Shown one piece after another: positions 61,634-64,000 of a stretch of DNA of 64,000 nucleotides. Origin of the DNA: Synechococcus sp. (GTDB lineage: Bacteria > Cyanobacteriota > Cyanobacteriia > PCC-6307 > Cyanobiaceae); the NCBI GenBank assembly GCA_047285535.1, contig JBJBDC010000001.1, positions 1,984,136-2,048,135 on the forward strand, read 5' to 3'. Position 1 is the stretch's first letter. Each line of letters starts with the position of its first letter. The notes under the pieces are model-generated. The model worked only from the letters and a program-made list of their open reading frames with translations. It was not told the DNA's origin and made no database searches. The position numbers and the translations under genes are program-made.

Positions 61634-63532
61634 ATGAAACCGGTGCGTGGGGTCAAAAATTGGCTCAAAAAAAATAGCGCCATCCTGATCCTCAGCGGAG
61701 GAATCGCGATTGCAGGCGGAGTGGGACAAGAAGAGCTGCGCCAGGGAGAACTCTGGTTGGCCGACTGGGCTTTGGAATTTGCCGGACCGAGAAGGGTGCC
61801 CAACAAATTGGTGATTGTCGCGATTGACGATTTCAGCCTGCAACAGGCAGCCAACGCGGATCTAAGCGATGACCCGGCACTTCAGAGATTGCGTGAATGG
61901 CCATGGCCTCGAAGTACCCATGCACTGGTGCTGGACCGCCTCATCGAAAGCGGAGCAAAAGCGATTGGATTCGATTTGTTGTTTGACACCCCAAGCAGTC
62001 ATGGCCGCGAAGACGATGCTGTCTTTGCTGCAAGCCTTCGTCGCCACGTTGACCACGTGGTTTTAGGTGTGCAGGCCCTAAGCAGCGAAGGACCTGTTGC
62101 CGCTCTTTCCTTGCTTGACCTGACCCCCACTCTTCAAGCCGCGCATCCTTTACTGAGGCGGGGGCTACTCAACGGCCGTCCAGATCCTGATGGTGTATTG
62201 CGCAGACCCCCTGGTAACACCAGCCTCGATCTGCGCCAACAACTTGGATCAGCGGTACCTCCAGGCATGGCATCAGCCCTCCTGAACACGCCACCAGCCA
62301 ATCCAAAAACGGGAATACCACTATTGGCTCCTTATGGGCCACCGCGCACGATCCCCACACTGTCGATCTGGGAACTGCTTGAGCCAAAAGCCTTCAGCGC
62401 ACTCAAGCAATCAGGAAAACTCCAAGACGCAGTGGTACTGATAGGCCCTACAGCAGCAGTGTTTCAGGACTTGCACCGCAGCGTGTTCTCTGGGGCCGTG
62501 GGAATGCCGGGGGTGGAAGTGCATGCCACTGAAGTTGCCAACCGTCTTGAAGGTCGCAGCCTCCAATTTGTTCAACCCATCCCGGGTTGGAACCTCGTTC
62601 TCGCGGCCCTCGCCTGTGGTTTGGGACTGGCCATCAGTGGCATGGAACGTCCCTTTCAAAGGCTGAGCCTTGCGGCAGTCGCCACAGTCGGCTCCGTGCT
62701 GATTGGAGTGCTGTTGGTCACCAAGGCCTGGGTGGTGCTTCCGTTGGGCAGTGTCGCTTTGACCATCCTTGCCACAGGCATCGTGTCCAGCGCTGATGCA
62801 ACTGTGAAACTGCAGTGGCAGCGCCGACGACTTCGCAACACACTGGGTCGCTACCTGTCTCCAGCAGTTGCTGCGGAAATCGCAGACCAACCAGACAACG
62901 CCGATGGCTTACTGCAAGGTCGGCTGGTCGATGTTGTTGTGCTGATGAGTGACATCCGTGGATTCACAGCTTTTACGCAAGCGATGACCGAGAAAGGTGA
63001 AGTCCACGGACTCGTGAACCGACTCAACGCCTATTTCAGCGAGATCGTCGATGCGGTTCACGCTCAGCAAGGCACCATTGATAAGTTCATCGGAGATGCA
63101 ACGCTTGCAGTGTTTGGCGCTCCACTCCAACGCAGCGGAGCTATGAATGCAGCGGCAGGAGTCAAGACCGCCATTGCCATTCAAGAACGTTTGGAACGTC
63201 TGAATGAAGGGTGGATTTCCCATGGCCAAGAGCCCTGGTCCCAAGTCATTGTTCTGAGTTATGGGTGGGTCGTGAGCGGCAATATCGGAAGCAGCAGTCG
63301 CATGGATTACACAGTGATCGGCGATGCGGTGAACACAGCCAGTCGACTCGAACAAATCGCAAAGCAATGCAACCGCACAATCGTGATGAGCGCAGCCGTA
63401 GCAAAGCTGCTCGAGAATCAATGGCCTCTGGACGATCTCGGTGAATTTCCGATCAGAGGACAAAAGCCTCAACGTGTGTTCGCCCTAAAAACCGTCACCA
63501 ATTGGTCGCAGAAGCCAGGCATTTACACCTAA
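61634..63532 (+). CDS. CHASE2-domain class III adenylate cyclase
   Basis: IVAIDD, WPWPR, GFDLLF, MPGVEVHA; three TM helices; SDIRGFT, DKFIGDA, YTVIGDAVNTASRLE. Confidence 0.9.
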   Translation: MKPVRGVKNWLKKNSAILILSGGIAIAGGVGQEELRQGELWLADWALEFAGPRRVPNKLVIVAIDDFSLQQAANADLSDDPALQRLREWPWPRSTHALVLDRLIESGAKAIGFDLLFDTPSSHGREDDAVFAASLRRHVDHVVLGVQALSSEGPVAALSLLDLTPTLQAAHPLLRRGLLNGRPDPDGVLRRPPGNTSLDLRQQLGSAVPPGMASALLNTPPANPKTGIPLLAPYGPPRTIPTLSIWELLEPKAFSALKQSGKLQDAVVLIGPTAAVFQDLHRSVFSGAVGMPGVEVHATEVANRLEGRSLQFVQPIPGWNLVLAALACGLGLAISGMERPFQRLSLAAVATVGSVLIGVLLVTKAWVVLPLGSVALTILATGIVSSADATVKLQWQRRRLRNTLGRYLSPAVAAEIADQPDNADGLLQGRLVDVVVLMSDIRGFTAFTQAMTEKGEVHGLVNRLNAYFSEIVDAVHAQQGTIDKFIGDATLAVFGAPLQRSGAMNAAAGVKTAIAIQERLERLNEGWISHGQEPWSQVIVLSYGWVVSGNIGSSSRMDYTVIGDAVNTASRLEQIAKQCNRTIVMSAAVAKLLENQWPLDDLGEFPIRGQKPQRVFALKTVTNWSQKPGIYT

Positions 63533-63555
63533 AGATCTGCATCGAATCAAAACTG

Positions 63556-64000
63556 ATGCATTTGCGCCAAAGCCTGCTTGGTCTGCTGGCAATTTCGTCG
63601 CTGACCGTGCCTGCTATGGCGGCACCGTTTCAAAACGCCACAGTCCGGCGGATCCTGGACGGGAAGGAAGTATTCATTGACAAAACACCAGCTCGGGTCG
63701 ATCAAACAGCAGGTAAGGGTCAGGAACTCAGTACCGGCCAAAGCCGCGCGGAGCTTCTGTTTGATCGCCGTGCCCTGGGCTTTCTGGGAAATAACAGTCT
63801 GATCAAACTCGGTGAAGAGTGCTTTCGTCTCGACAAAGGCCAGGTTCTCATTAATGGGCCGCAAAACAGTTGTCTTGGCACCAAGGTGCTGGGAATTCGT
63901 GGCACGACCTATGTCTTAAATGCCCTGAATGAGGGAGGCTATCGCCTGTCTGTTTTGAGTGGCGAAGCGATCATCTCAGATCAAGGAATAGCAGAAATCG
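63556..64000 (+). CDS. FecR-domain exported protein (partial, runs off window)
   Basis: Manual translation MHLRQSLLGLLAISSLTVPAMA...LSTGQSRAELLF...LGNNS...LGIRGTTY...VLSGE; open to the window end. Confidence 0.8.
   Translation, partial: MHLRQSLLGLLAISSLTVPAMAAPFQNATVRRILDGKEVFIDKTPARVDQTAGKGQELSTGQSRAELLFDRRALGFLGNNSLIKLGEECFRLDKGQVLINGPQNSCLGTKVLGIRGTTYVLNALNEGGYRLSVLSGEAIISDQGIAEI

Overview
Chromosomal segment of a marine picocyanobacterium, most likely Synechococcus (inferred from gene content and synteny). The core backbone is selO, relA/spoT, an ABC ATPase, rluD, rbgA, usp, pgk, murG, cobD, pilMNOQ, pyrD, rnhA, the secE-nusG-rplKAJL cluster, clpB, gloA, eno, an aarF kinase, argJ, coaE, gatB, thiO, ndk and speA. 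A DUF3307 / cNMP-binding / CHASE2-adenylate cyclase / FecR module sits at the right edge. Accessory genes for probably exported proteins are inserted into the backbone: (i) a LuxR-type regulator followed by a 1,450-aa CBM2-[unknown His-rich domain]x2-CBM2-GH9 protein with a 715-bp identical internal duplication; (ii) a ~9-kb island between coaE and gatB containing degraded extra copies of coaE and of the gatB 3' end, several signal-peptide proteins, and an exact 3 x 686-bp tandem amplification bounded by a 10-bp microhomology; (iii) RTX/type-I-secretion-type cargo genes. Non-coding signals read from the sequence include a Yfr2-like sRNA after the DUF3747 gene, a perfect 12-nt complement to its 5' end (the Yfr1 motif ACTCCTCACAC) just upstream of each amplified gene, CRP-type TGTGA-N6-TCACA boxes upstream of three accessory exported-protein genes, an L10 leader and several terminators. 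No tRNA, rRNA, integrase, transposase or CRISPR array was recognised. All assignments come from manual motif recognition; no database searches were run, and start codons are best guesses.
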